DNA from: Phoronis australis
Lineage: Eukaryota > Animalia > Phoronida
Direction of reading: 5' to 3'
DNA length: 64,000 nt
NCBI GenBank assembly: GCA_002633005.1
Contig: NMRA01000074.1
Location: 593,464 to 657,463 of the forward strand
A program made the position numbers and the translations under genes. This document shows positions 45,601 to 58,663 of the stretch, one piece after another (the first letter of the stretch is position 1; every line of letters begins with the position of its first letter). Below the pieces are notes generated by a model. That model had not been told where the DNA came from and did not search any database. It saw nothing but the letters and a program-made list of their open reading frames with translations.

Positions 45601-48600
45601 CAAGAATGGATCAACTGAAATTTTCGGATGTAATAACGTCCCTTGTCAACAGAAGCAGAAATAAAGTAAAATCAGGAAGAGATAACCATCTCTTCCTGGT
45701 AAAATCAAACACTATATGACAATTGACATTTAAGATATGGTGTAATGAATTTGATACATTTTTGCGTAAAAATCAATGATGTATTTTAAGAAGTTTTTAT
45801 GTTCAATCCATGAGGTTCTATTGTATTGAGCTTGTCTATCCAATATTGTTCTCTTTTGAGTCTGTGAAATGTACTGGGATGTTGGAGTTTTCATATTATT
45901 TGTACAGAAAGATCTTGAATATTATGGTTTTTGAAATTGAAATGATTACCTATAGTATCAGATATGTTTTTATGTATTATGTTAAATCTATGATTACGAA
46001 ACCGAGTTTGTAGATTATGCTGAGTTTGTCCTACGTATTGGATAGAACATTTTCTACAAGTTATAAGGTAAATATTATTGTTGGTGGTGCAATCAGAATA
46101 ATGTTATATTTCAAAGTTTTCATTGGTTTGGGAAGACTGGAAAAAAGTGCTATCGTTGATAAAGTTACACATTTTACACCTAGTTTTGTTACATTGTGTG
46201 TTGCCAATAGGTTTGGTGTATATTGTCGATAGTAGCTTTAACTAAATAAATTAGGTAATAATGTAATTTAAAACTACATGTAAAAAGACTAGGAAAGCTT
46301 ATCCAAAACACTTACACATAAAACAGTTGGGAATAGTTCATTCAAGTTCATAACTTTCAAAACAAACGTTCTTAAAATAATTTATAACCGAAGATAACGA
46401 ATGGGTATTTTTTGAGAAACATTTACAGGAAGGTATGAGGTAAGGCATTGCGCACCGTATCCTGTGCAAATGGTTAAGTACAAGGAGTACATGTATGTAG
46501 AAGACGTCGTTGGCTAGTGTAATGTTCATGAACAGACCCACGGGTTATTGAATTGAGTGTCCGCCAGTTGTCATTGTAAATAGGCTACGTGTATATGTAC
46601 AGGTATAGGTGCAATCAATAGGGTTTAGAAAGGATGTTACCATATAACCACCTCAACAGGGTTAGTGCCCATTTATAGTAGGAGTCGTTAAATTTATGCA
46701 ACTTTTCAATATTTTAGTTTAGCCATTTAATTGGGCAGACTCTGTAACCTCTGGGTACTGGCACGTTTGCGTTCGCGTTTAAGTGTGTAAAGCACCAAAG
46801 GGTTCTTAAACGAGAATTTTTTGCTGGTTGAAATCTGCTTAATCAACGTGTAGATTTGCTTAGTCTAGGTGTTCATTTAATCAGTTTCTACTGTATATAC
46901 ACAACACGTACAGTGATTGGCGTAGATGAAGTAACATCCCACGAGACATTATTCCGCGTATCGACCGAGACCGAAGGGGATATCGAGTGCACGAGGCATC
47001 ACTTCATCAACGCCAATCGAGTTACGTTATGTATTTATCTCATACGCTTCTACTTCCTAGGTTTCTTTCATTTTTTGGCAGATTTTTAAATACTTCACTT
47101 AGACTGTTCACGTGGCAGATCACATCCTATATGGATGTACTTGCCCGTTAGGTTGCAAGTTTTCTGTAGTAAAACAAACAGTTTTAAATGTAACGATTGA
47201 TTACTTGAAAAGGAGATAACAAAGATCAAAACTACGGTAATTGTGCATTGAACTTGTAACATCTCCTGAAAACAGTAGATAACAGCAATATTTGTTATTG
47301 TAATTACCAAGGAATCGGCGCCTGAGTTGCAGATAATGTAATAGTTAGCAATTAAAAACTGCGACATAATTGTCATATAATTAACAGTGCTGTCCCAAAT
47401 GCTACGGTTGGGACCTGATTGCATGTTGAGTGTTATTTACACTGCTGCAGTTGTATTACTTTAAACTGTTTGATGATCGAGCCTGCTAACGACGTCGACT
47501 CGACTTCGACCTACCTTTTGAACTTTCCATGTCAGAGGTCACTGTTGAAGTAGTGCGCGAGGTGAATACAGGAAGCATTATTATATGGGCGTATTGCACT
47601 CGACTGATTCAACGCATTTGGGATAAAGTCAAATCACACCCGTCCTCTCAAATTACTTGATTAAGAGCAGAACGATTATCTTTTAAGAATTAAAAGCAGG
47701 CGTAGATTAAGTACATGCAAGAGTATGCGCACATTCAAAGCACGCGTAGATTAAACAAAAGCACGCGTAAATTAAGCAAACGTACACGTAGATTAAACGA
47801 AATTACACGTAGGTAAAGCACATTTAAACGCGCAAAAGGATACTGGTTTAAAAAACCCGCAAGCGTGAACCCGTAATCTCTGGTTACTCCCACATAGGTG
47901 TTCTCTAATAACTCATGAGACGACAGATTGGACGCCTTTTCCCCAGCTTTCCCATTAAGATTCCTATGCCGATCCCATGAGTTTCCGGCAGAAAAATGAT
48001 CATTGCGACTGAACGCCGAGCGATTATCACGAGATAATCGTGAGTATCGGTGTCAAAAATCACAAACTCAGGCAAAGTTAAATTTTTTCGGAAACCCAGG
48101 AGATTTTTTCCGAGCTGGACAGATATGGACTTAGAGTAATGTTTCCCCAGGCGAAAGACTTTGGCCTACTTACTGTTGTATTTTATCAGGTGCGGCGTTG
48201 TGCCCTGTCCAGTTGACGGTCACTGGACGGAGTGGTCAGATTTCACAGGGTGTACTGCTACTTGTGGCGGAGGAACACAGTACAAGTGGCGTGACTGCAG
48301 TAATCCTACTCCACAAAGCAATGGAAAGTATTGTCCAGGTAAGTAACGGGAAAAGAACACATGCTCGAATGCATGGAAACTGATCTCAGATAGAATAATG
48401 TGTTTATTGTTACAAAAAAATAATCTCTTTGGTATGTAGTGAGTTTTCTTATATCTCGGGGATTATTTATGACGCACTCGGTCAATCTAATCGACACTCA
48501 GTCTTGAAGAGCTCTTGTCTTCTGATCGCCTTACCTCTTGCTGACGGTTGATTCTGTATGCTGTCGGCCGTATACGAATGTTTTATACTTTCAACTATAC

Positions 48601-51600
48601 GTCTGTGTTAGGGAAAGCTAAACAAGAAAGGATTTGCAACGGTTTTGCATGCCCCCAAAATGGATTCCTCACAAAGTGGACAGAATGGGCTGCCTGTCCT
48701 GTGACGTGCGGCGGAGGTGTTCGTGTTCGCACGAGGACATGCTTTGCTCCTCAGCACGGGGGCAAAGACTGCGTCGGGGACCTAAAGGAAATGAAAGCTT
48801 GCAGCCAACTACGGCCATGTGTCGGAGTGTGGAGTCCATTCTCTGCTTGGAGCGCTTGTTCGAAGACTTGCGGAGGCGGCGTATCGACCCAGCACCGAAC
48901 CTGTACGAAGGGATTGCCTTGTCCTCAGGGTCAGCCAATGGAGCGAAGAAGACCGTGCAACACAGCGCCATGTGGCATCAATGGCGGCTGGGGAGAATGG
49001 TCTTCTTGGGGCACCTGTTCCACTACTTGTGAAAGCGGCGTACGGAAACGTAAGCGGATGTGCGACCATCCGAGTCCGCGGTTGGGTGGTGACACCTGCG
49101 TTGGAGCCGAACTGGAGACCAAGAGTTGCATTCTGGGGAGCTGCACTCTCGCCCGCGTGGTTCTGAACGAATGGCTTCCGTGGGGCCCGTGCACATCCAC
49201 GTGTGGAAGAGAAGGGAGGAGAAGTCGGACACGGCAGTGCACGCCGACCACGGAGGAGGTGAAGATGTGCCCTGAGCACCTGCTGGAACGCATGGAAGAA
49301 GCATGCAACATGATTCCGTGTCCATTACTGGAAGCTAACATGACTGAGGTAGAACATTTGCATCCCTGTTGTTTTAATTAAGTGTGCAGTTCCACTTGTT
49401 TAGCTCACTAAAATGATAATATAGATACCTGGCACCTGAGTCTGATATTTCCCTTGCCTTGATAAGACTTAAAAAAGTCTTTTGCCACGGAGAACGACGA
49501 GAGTGTAAACGCTCCAAAATTTGCATGTTTGATCAACAATGACAAATGTTGTCATCTTCAATTCAGTAGCAGGTTACCAATTCACTGGATTAAAGTCATT
49601 CCCATCATCACACTGTCCAGCTTGGTGGGCTCAGTTAGCGCCAGTCAAAGTTCAAGCACGTGTAACCGATTTAGTTGCAACAACAGCTACAGCCACACAA
49701 ACACCGGCTGGAGCAGCTAATGCAACAACAGTTGCGGCATCAGTAGTAGCGTTGGTAGCATTTCATGGTACAATTTGAATTTCAGAATTGAAAACAAAAT
49801 TATTTCCGCCACATTTCAGAGCAAGAGAACAGGCCAAACAAGTGCACCCAAGCCACCGACCATGATTGAAGGTAAGAATTGTAAGTTTTGGATGACGAAT
49901 TTGAGGAGCCAGCTTCCTCGACTTAATTGCGTTTGCAAAGTAAAATGATTTTTGTATTTTGCATGTACCCGTACTATCTGAGGCATAAGATTAACGAATT
50001 ATGTTTTTGCCTCGTAGAATACATTGAAAAAGGTCACACTGGTGTCATCAAGTGCTTCAACAGAAAAAAAGACGTTTTGATGAATCCAGACGCCATCTGG
50101 CTGAATTCGCGCGGGGAACCGTTGGAGAACCCCAGAGCCACAGTACTTGAAACGGGTGACTTGAAATTTTCAAATTTTATGGCAGGCGACAGCGCATTCT
50201 ACATTTGCCAAGTCTCGGGTCTGGACCACTCGGGCAGGAAAAAGTTCAAAGAAATAGGTCATTCTGTTGAAGGTAGGCAGAGTGAAAATTTTCTGTATTA
50301 CATGGTTGGCTACACTATATGTACATGTACAAAAGCCACTAATGTTGCTTTATCTATCCTTTAGAAAACACTACCGTTTAGTGCTAAGTAATGGAAGGAT
50401 ATGCATGTAAAATGCATTTTGAGTTGCAGATTACTACAAGCCTATAGCTTATAAAACCGAATCGTACCTGTTTGCAAAAGTAGAGGGGGACTCGAGCATT
50501 AATGAATGAGATAGTGAACCGATGTGCTTACGTTTCTCCACACTTTTGTTCGCTTCATGTGGATCTGTGCTTGAAATGTAACAAATTATTTGATTTTCGA
50601 TAAAAACTTTAAAAAGCTCCGCAACGATGCGAAAATATCATTTGGAACGTTGAAAGAAACCTTTATACCTACAACACGTGAAAGTCCCGTGACATGCAGT
50701 TTTTCTTGAACTTCATCCATAGTTCTTTATTTGATTGGCAGTAAGTTAAACGTCATGTGTGAAGTAAAAAAACATTCCACAAAAGTTCATTGTCCACGGA
50801 AACAGAGTTTGAATTCTGGTATTTATTCACCCAATCCCACCCTTCGCCTCCATGTGACGTTGATTTCAATTTGTAGAGATGCAACTGCTGTATTCTGATT
50901 GTTGTAGCTTTCCTGATTCCGGAAGCTAGTTTTGAAGTTAACTTCCGTTACAACACAGATAGTTGTGACTCTGTTTCTACAAAGAAAAAAGAACTCTACG
51001 TCAAAAACACATTAGAAGAAACATGCAAAGCCGACGTTTGTAGAATAAGGAACTTGACGACAAAATGTCACCCAAGAATTTTCAAGGTAAACATTCAGAA
51101 TGTATTTGAAAACACACGTTAACCATGGAGACAACATCTAATGGGGAAGCAACATCTTACTACACTTTCTTTTGAAAATTTCAGAAAATCGCCCCACATA
51201 AAAGTACGTTCAAGGGCGGCGTATGTTAGGATTTTTTTCCAAAAGTTCATGTACGCCCGTGGCTTATCCTCTTGAAAATCTGATGGGTTGTTTTAAAATA
51301 CTTGTGTAATGTTTTTTTCATGAAACACACTTGTTTATTGTGAATCGCGATTTCACTCGGATTTCTGACTGTTGGTAACTAACCATACTAGCAGAGTATG
51401 AAGGACAAGTTTAAAAACTCACTTTCCGAAAATACGCGCCCCTTTCAATTAACAATTGTCAAAGTTTGCTCTCCAAATATCCACGCATGGGTCTAGTTTT
51501 TAAAAATTCACGGCACGTGATTTATTACAGTGTACATCGGTTACAGTCATATGTATTCACGTGCACATAAAGAGTGGTAAAACAAAGATCGTAAGATGTG

Positions 51601-54600
51601 TAGGTTTTTCTGAACAACGCTCAACAACAGTTAGATGCCAATATTACAACCCGCTTCAATTTAAGCTGTATTTTTCAGGAGTCGACTGGGTCTGAAATAT
51701 CACAGATCTTCGTTTCGCTGTTCCTTCTGCCTAGTAACAGCTACATGCCACCACCCTGCAAAACGGATTGTAAGGAACACGTGATTGCCACCCATTTACT
51801 TGCGGTGAGTACGTGGTTCTCATTCAGCAACTACATGTACGGAGATTCATGAGAGAAAGTTAGGGCACTTTCCTTGGGAATCTTTGGTGCTTGCAACATT
51901 TTAGATCCGCCAGTCAAAGTGTATGTAACAGCGAGCTGCTATGAGATTTCACAGTTTAGATATATATGTATAAAACAAGTCTGAAAAAATGTATTGCGAA
52001 GGTAATCGATTCGAATCAGTGTAGCATGTTGCAGGGAGATGGCATAATTTTGGATAGGCTGTGGCGCGCATAATGTGATTTGCAGGGCAAAATGGGCGAG
52101 ATTTTGTACCTTCCAATATCACAACACTAGCCTCGTTCATGAACTTCTTTGAGGAACTTTCATTCCGTGTTGATCTCAAGGATTCAAGGACAGCAACCGA
52201 AATCTAAGCAGCTCGACCTTCTAACCCAAAGTCAGAAGTTGAAATTCGTGTGTGTTGTATATGACATTTCAATATAAACTTACACTTCCTCAACATTTCA
52301 GCTGTCAAAAACATTGAAATTAGATTTAGCCACCCATACTATCGGTCTTACTGCGATAGGATTGTAGTTCATTTTTACGCATCTTTCAAATATTTTCCAG
52401 CTACGACAGCATTTCACGGCGGTTCACGATGTTTCAATAATCCGCCACACTCCCCTAAAGAAGATATTATCATCGCAAACAATCGGTACACATCCGCTTT
52501 GGGTCTGGAAGACCACGGTCATCAAACAAAATTTTGAAATGTTTCTGTTTGCGTAGCAATCTAGTCGTTGGGAACACGGTGGGAGTTTAATATTGAATCC
52601 TACTCAAGTAACGCCAGAAACTGGTGTCGGAGCCAACAGTACAGAACAACACGGCGGCACTACAATTTACGCGAAAAATTCCTACTCAGAGGCCGGCAGC
52701 TCCTTGCCCATACAAAAGGAGGTGTAGGTGCAGGAAGCAGTCAACCTGATCAGTTCCAGATTTATTCTATGGGGCATCCGCGGCAATTTTTAGGCGGGAT
52801 CCTACCGTAGTCACTAAAAATTGCAGCTCTTGGAAGTCGTGGCAAAAAAGCAGAGGAAATATGACACCTCCGCCTTTGCACACTGCATGGAGATATCTTT
52901 GCTGTCACATGGACGTGGTTCATGGCGGTTTACGAAACCATGTTAAATCGCCGTCGTATTATTTGAAAGGGATCTTAACAAAATGGACATTGAAACGATC
53001 AGCGACTCAAAATCGCTTGTTCGAAAAAGCGCATGTCGTATTGCTCTGAAATGCTTAAGTGTTCTGGTGAAGAATTCAACATTTCAGCTAATCAGCGGCG
53101 AATTGCACTTTTAAACTGACTAGCTTAACATCACAAATTGTGAGATGCAGATCTCTGCTGTTTATTATATCTTGTGTGCAGATGTACAATCGGATTAAGA
53201 AATTTGTCACCGAAGATCAGGGAAAGGATGGAAAGATAAACTATGAAACTACCTCTCTGGAGAAGACGTTGCATATCAACTGTCCCGACGGCTGGTTCCA
53301 CAAGAGCATCAGATGTGGTACTTGCATCTTATTTTTCGTCAGAAACGTAATTAGTGTTTAACTTAGTTATTTCTGAAACCTGAATGCTGATTGTTTTGTC
53401 ACGAACCGACTTGATCAACTTGTGATACAATTTCTGAGGTTGAGGACAGCTTTTGCAAGGATAACTGTGTACGCACTTTGGTAAATAACCCGCAAATGAA
53501 GCTGTTTGATTTCTTCTAAATTGCGACGTACCATTTGGAGGTGAACGCTTTCGTTAATAAAGTACAGGTGACAGTAAAAACCTCCAAAACTGTGCTTCTG
53601 TATTTATGCAAGAATCAAAATCAGATTTCTAGCTCCTTTGTCATTCGAGACGTGATAGTGTTACGGATTTCTTGTTTTGTTTAAATGATAGAGTTCCCAG
53701 CAATGGTGCACGTATTTACATGTACACTCCAACACCCACTATTGAAATACTGTGGCTCCACATAGTGGTTATTTAAAGGGATACTAAACCGTGTTTTAGG
53801 CTGTTAACTGATACGAAGACTGATTTCTCTTCTAGCTCGCTAAAATAAAACAATGCTCTATAACCCTTATCAATTTAACATTTGGAACAAATTTGAAAAA
53901 AAATCCTTACAACATCTACAAAACTGATGCAATTTGTCAAGTTACTCGACACCTGCCACGAACAACAGTTCTTAGGTTCATAAAATGTATTTATCTCTGA
54001 AGTGAGATGCCAACGGTGCATTAGCAGGAGCCAGGGGACAAATTGGTTGAAACCATTAAAACAGGGCTTAATTCTTTTAAGAGTAAATGGGCGGCGCAGT
54101 ACTGAAAAAAACGAGGTATCTAAAGCCCCCAGCTCCCATGTGGTGCACTGCCTATAGACCATGGGCGACGCAGCACTGAAAAAAGTGGGGCTATAGCTCC
54201 CCCAGCCTCCTATGGTGCGCCGCCCATGACGCATGCGATATTCTACCTGTTAAATATGTGTTAATGGAAGAAGTTGAAACCTACCGAGAATTGCATGATT
54301 GGGCACCCTTACAATTGGCCTGGTTTACAAAACTCTGCTTGGAAACCGTTGCCAGCAGTCAACTCTCTCACTTCCAGTGTCCTGTATACCGGGATTTTAC
54401 AGTCGGCACGGTTACAAGCAGTGCGCCCGATGCCCTAAAGGACACTATCAACACAGACGGGCACAGAGAGACTGCATTCCTTGCCCAGACGGCCTCACTA
54501 CTTCGCACATGGCCTCAGACGACAGATCAGACTGTATCTGTAAGTTGTTTTTAACCTGGGAGATCATATGTAATCAGCTGGAGCAAGTGTGCGAACTAGC

Positions 54601-57437
54601 AAAGTTTTTCGGCACAAAATACCTACATGTAATAACAGGTGTACAGCGTGTACCATGAGCCTACTCACCCATTTGTCTCAGTGATCCGTCTCACGAAAAC
54701 CATGGTCTGCTGGTGGGCAGAGGCTCACAAGTTTCTATCTTATCTAAGGTGTTGATCATTTGCTGTTTGCTCAAAGCAACAGGCGTCTTCTTCCTGATGT
54801 TTTTGCACCATGCCGATGTGCCTGTAAACGAATTAGGGAAGTGTAGAAGCACCTCAATGGCATAGTATTGAAACAAACACCTTAACAATTTTAGGGCTTA
54901 TTCAACGGGTCAGTTCAATTGACTGACAGTTCTGAGCTTCTTCTGTTTCTCTACAGCTAAAACAATGGCGTCTCTATTGTCAACGCTGGAAACAGCATAC
55001 ATTCTGCCAATTGAGATGTCTACTAACGACAAAATGGTGGCCTTCTTTGGCGCTCTCTTTGGTGTGGCATTGGGACTAGTCCTACTTCCGGTTTGTATCA
55101 GCTGGTAAGTTATTACTCATACAATTTGTTTATCTGCTGACATTTAACAACAGTGACAAACGTACACTGTGTATGTTTTAGGGACTGAATTTCAAGGTTT
55201 GTTTTGCATGTATGTCGCTACACAGTCTGTTTCATTCTCGTTAATTTCATACATCTCTTAAAGGTTTCAAATAATTCCAAAACTAGCCCAAAGCCCTAAC
55301 CACAACTTCCAGTTTTGTGTGATTTACGTAATAATTTACGAAACATTGGTTTAATTGCTTACACAGGATGGCCGTTTTTTCCAGTGTCCTTTTGAAATGT
55401 TATCCCAAGTCTTCGTTGACTCAACGTTTCCGGAACACATGTTCATGCTGTCCATGCAAGAATCAACAAAAATCGTCTGACAACTTAACACCCGGCGAAA
55501 TGACCAGACTGCTTGAAAACATTCAAACGGAAGGGCGGGTAACTACGAGTGCAATGAGCTTTTTACGGTTCCTCTCACGCATGTCCAGTATAGCAAATTG
55601 TGGGAAACTCGCGACTTGTCAATATTGCAGTTAATGTACGAGTTGTATCGCTATTTTCCATTACGTGTCGTTCTAGACATGTGTAAGAGGTGCTTTAGAG
55701 TGATCCCTGCGGTGTTCTTGCTCACTTGATGTTATGATACGATAACCAGACAACGGTATTTCTTCTAAAGAGAGGATCTCATGGAGCATAAGGAAACTAA
55801 GGTTAAGTACATGCAAGGTAAGCCAAGATAAGACTTGTTGAGGTAAGGTAACATTTACCTAAGCAACCACATGTAGCGACAATTTTTGAAACCCATACAA
55901 GTACACATTTTCTGAACATTTTCTGTGAAATAGAGGTACATGTTGAAATCGTGCCTGTGTTCATTTTAGGTTGTCGGTAGGAGAAAAACGGGAACGTACG
56001 GCAACGACTATATGGCCAAACTAGCCGATCGGTTGGTGTCTTCAACCAAGCTGCAGGCGCGCAGAAGCTACGAGTCCTCATCAAGCCTAGCCAGAAACCT
56101 ACCGTCACAAGTCGCATCATCCAAAGCAATTGCACTAGTATGTAACCTTGGTATCATTGTTCTGGCCAAAGTAATGAAAGCATCGATACTTACTAAGTGG
56201 TTTTAACAAAGTAAAGTTTTTGTATTAAAACATATGAGCACATGGCGAGCAGAAGGTTGTTCGCCATGGGAGCGCTTGCAGGGCTTAGGGTCCTACCTGA
56301 CGACTGAAGGAATGCATTAATTTTACTGGGAACGAAACATGGATATACCATACCCAACGAATATCCTTCGATTTGTCTACTTAAAGCTGTCTTGTAGGTT
56401 CAGTAATGACGTTGCTGGTCGTGACTTGCATTTGAATTACTAGATGTCAATATAATATGTATGAGGCCTAATTCAAAGTATGCATAAACAGACCAGGGAT
56501 GTTTCAATAGTAGAAAAATATGAGTTTAAGTTGTGTATTTGCTTGTGAACGCGAAAACAAATGTCGCGCGATAGCTTGTTACATCGGTACGACAAATTAC
56601 ATTGAATCCTTTGTGTTCAGGTTCGTTGTTCTCATGCATTCTTTCTTTGCGTCATTTCCACAGGATGGAAATCCAGGACACGTGACTGGCACGAGAAATT
56701 TCTCCGAGAACGCATCACCTACGTTTAAGCAGCCCGTCGAAGCTTCACCAGCAAGAGACTTAACAGTTAAAGAAATGTCAGTGGATAAGGTCCAGCCGCG
56801 GGCACATTTTAACGTCGAATCAACCGTTGCTAGGAGATTACCAAAGAAACCTGGGATACGGTTGCCTAGGCGACCACTACTAGAAGAAGGACCCACATCC
56901 ATTCTGAAACAGAACTCTGCATATAGAAATTTTGACTACGATAATCCAGAGCCACAAATGAACAGCAACGACGTCAATGAAGACGTTGCCCGGAAGAGAA
57001 TCCCACGATTTTCTCTTATCCAAGAAGAGCATTCAGCGCCTACATTTGGATCCGCGCGTAAGCCAACCTTGGCTCGTCCTAAAAAGACGATGAGATCACG
57101 CGATTTGTATAAAGCCACCACCATGCAAAGAGTCAATAATAAGAACGCCTCGTCATTACACGCCGGAAATTCTGACAAACCAAACTTAGGCTCCCGACCA
57201 CAGAAACCAAGTGAAAAGGAAGAGAGCTCTAAAAAAACTGGACTTTCGGTTCGAGGTCAGATTCACCAGAATCGTATCTCGCCAGTATTAGCTGGACGGA
57301 ACGCTCGCTCGGTAATTGAAGACGATTCAAGAGCACAAAATCGAATGGTAATACCAAGTCGTGATCGCCTCGGGAGTCGATCAAGTGAGTCGAGTGATCA
57401 ATTGTCGCCAACTTCTTTTCGAAACATGAACATTTGA
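27604..57437 (+). CDS. Gene B (complete): paralog of gene A with signal peptide, acidic spacer, furin-type site, 2 unassigned Cys domains, basic spacer, 2 truncated F-lectin-like/TSP1 modules, 8 TSP1 in total, Ig + ZPBP/Sp38-like module, ephrin-receptor-like repeat, TM and disordered tail
   Basis: Exons: 27604-27607 (AACATGG|gtgagt), 27991-29031, 29883-29960, 30188-30325, 31855-31942, 32655-32740, 33735-33803, (34296-34412 tentative), 34687-34815, 38074-38232, 38797-38886, 39317-40162, 40589-40714, 41155-41394, 42263-42423, 42908-42977, 43333-43455, 43666-43890, 44426-44583, 44881-45146, 48190-48338, 48612-49348, 49820-49871, 50018-50272, 50908-51086, 51679-51804, 53182-53317, 54378-54539, 54957-55104, 55385-55538, 55970-56137, 56664-57437. 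Open frame of about 2380 aa; N-terminus MEHTLSFLCVLISIGCVFKHSAKA is signal-like. Confidence 0.88.
27991..29031 (+). CDS. Gene B exon 2: signal peptide and acidic low-complexity pro-region
   Basis: 351-aa ORF with hydrophobic LSFLCVLISIGCVF, then an E/D/S/N-rich spacer. ttccag acceptor and A|gtgagc donor. Confidence 0.8.
35032..36904 (+). mobile_element. P-superfamily (Galileo/1360-like) deleted transposon with THAP-domain remnant
   Basis: 31-bp TIRs caaggagtttagtagagtaggagagttcact / agtgaactctcctactgtactacactccttg (2 mismatches). Perfect 7-bp TSD GTAGAAC at 35025-35031 and 36905-36911. Frameshifted THAP N-terminus at 35145. Confidence 0.88.
35145..35241 (+). pseudogene. Frameshifted THAP zinc-finger first exon of the transposase
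   Basis: MGMDAFCSAINCMNSSTKTPDVSF; restoring one T in tcatttttagg gives SFFRFHKDSER, matching the THAP pattern C-x-A-x-x-C-x-N...SF(F/H)RFP. The putative donor has decayed to ag|ggaagg. Confidence 0.7.
37551..37974. mobile_element. MITE with long imperfect TIRs and 5-bp flanking duplication ATCAC
   Basis: caagggggattcaacaattgcttgaacttaaaacca... pairs with ...tggttttgaagttcaaccaattgtcgattcaccccttg; inner tggactgcaaa/tttgcagtcca also pair. Three internal ccggacttc motifs. Confidence 0.75.
40589..45146 (+). CDS. Gene B: internally duplicated module (truncated F-lectin-like, 2 exons + TSP1 exon + linker exon) x2
   Basis: SPWWSITFNRRIVVSAVNLT vs SPWWAMTFKHRIVVSGMNLT; KITVRVGE..LNHSKRCFTYYG vs KITVLVGE..LNHSKTCFTFYG; VDVKNDHWSDWSSC vs VDVKKDHWSYWSSC. 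Confidence 0.85.
44075..44363. mobile_element. Fold-back MITE, degenerate copy 2 of the 13958 family
   Basis: Shares tctacttttgtgc..ctcaa and tagtttgca.ttgat with the 13958-14338 element. gagtaaaaatactggacc is the reverse complement of its left end. Confidence 0.55.
47693..47820. repeat. Degenerate ~22-bp minisatellite (aaagcacgcgtagattaa core, ~5 units)
   Basis: aaagcaggcgtagattaa, aaagcacgcgtagattaa, aaagcacgcgtaaattaa, tacacgtagattaa, tacacgtaggtaa. Confidence 0.7.
48190..49348 (+). CDS. Gene B: five TSP1 repeats (two exons) collinear with gene A 16008-17246
   Basis: CPVDGHWTEWS..CGGGTQ..C.NPTPQ..G..C.G followed by four WxxWxxC..TC repeats. Exon sizes 149/737 vs 149/746 in gene A. Confidence 0.95.
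50018..54539 (+). CDS. Gene B: Ig + ZPBP/Sp38-like module + ephrin-receptor-like repeat
   Basis: IKC..LMNPDAIWLNSRGEPLENPRATVLETGDLKFSNFMAGDSAFYIC; FRYNTDSC..C..C..KCH; PPPCKTDC; IKKFV..YETTSL..INCPDGW; SCIPGFYSRHGYKQCARCPKGHYQ. Exon sizes 179/126/136/162 are identical to gene A. Confidence 0.8.
54087..54228. repeat. Second copy (two tandem units) of the CATGGGCG hairpin repeat
   Basis: atgggcggcgcagtactgaaaaaa... and catgggcgacgcagcactgaaaaaagtggggctatag...gcgccgcccatg. Confidence 0.55.
54957..55104 (+). CDS. Gene B transmembrane exon
   Basis: KMVAFFGALFGVALGLVLLPVCIS. ctacag acceptor and TG|gtaagt donor. Confidence 0.85.
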
Positions 57438-57843
57438 GAAATTATCTCTGGTGCTCATGCTTTAAATTCCATTGATGGATAATCTGTAACACGTTATATG
57501 AGCCTAGATAGAACACATTCCACACACATTACTTTCGTTTCTATTGCAACTTACCGTAAGCTGCCATTTGTAGCAGCATATAACAGGCGTTATTTGATCT
57601 TTCGTGAAGAACCGAACTGGCAATCAGGAAATGTACTTGAACGACGTTCACGGGCACACCACAAAATTGTAATCACACTTTCATTTGATTTGTGTCTGTG
57701 TGTTAGCGGACATGCCAGCGCCGCGCACATTATGTTAACATTGAAGTGAATTTATTTTTACTCAAAAGCGTCAACAACTCCTAGAGTTCGACTTTGTTTT
57801 CTTGTTTTGGACGATCCTAATGTGGATTAAGTAAACATCGTGT

Positions 57844-57849
57844 AATAAA
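57844..57849 (+). terminator. Candidate polyadenylation signal of gene B
   Basis: AATAAA about 400 nt downstream of the stop at 57437. Confidence 0.35.
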
Positions 57850-58663
57850 ATTTGTTCGGACGCGAAAATCGTTAGAGACTACTTTGTATAGAAGCAAGTC
57901 CATTCCATAAACACTAAAAATACTTCAATCTAGTCTCGAAATTCACGATCAAATGGTGGTCTGGTAGTCATCGTGTGACGTTCGACGGCACTAAAACGGA
58001 CATCCATGGTGGTTGCATATCATTTATTTCACAAACAACGTCAACATTTGGTACAGGGTAGTGACCCTGGCTGTAATCTTGGTTACATGTGCAGTAGATC
58101 AAAAATAAACAATGGACACTGTTGTGCAATGACTAGAGGAGAATAAACATGCAGCTGCAGAAGGTGATCCTCGGATGACTCGACCAAAAATAAATGGATT
58201 GCTGGGAAGCGACCCTGGTTGACGAGGATAACAATATCAGGAGAATCCCGTTGAATGAACGACCAATGTAGCGCAGCAGTTTTTTCACAGCAAAGCTATA
58301 GGGTCCTAGTAAACATCGGTCCAAAGTAGCAAAGAACAGTGAAAGCTGTCCTCATTTTACATCGAACTCTATAGGATAAGCATGTACAAATAGAAAAAAA
58401 TCTAAATATTGATATACAAATGCTGTTAGTAGCTGCCACAAATTATTAAGAATTCATGGACAAAATTGACGTTTCCGAAGTCGCTATCCAACATCTCTTG
58501 TGTTCATTTGAAGGGCGACTTTGAAAAGCAAAGTACTAGCCGCTATAGTGCCAACGAAAGCTTTATTACTTTATGGGCGAATTTAGTCAACACCGGCTGT
58601 CTAAGCATTGTGAAACGGCACTGCATCAGCTGAAACTCGTCAATAAACGATAACTCGAACTGT

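Noticed and set aside
47693-47820. Short repeats with variable gaps resembling a CRISPR array
   Set aside because: Eukaryotic intron, degenerate units, spacers mostly only a few bases, and no cas genes.
48634-49341. Many overlapping alternative-frame and antisense ORFs over the TSP1 exons (also 16587-17261 and 22986-24125)
   Set aside because: Shadow ORFs of GC-richer coding exons.
49539-49778. Thr/Ala-rich ORF as a possible mucin-like exon of gene B
   Set aside because: Trinucleotide-like repeat with no counterpart in gene A; exon 48612-49348 joins 49820 in phase without it.
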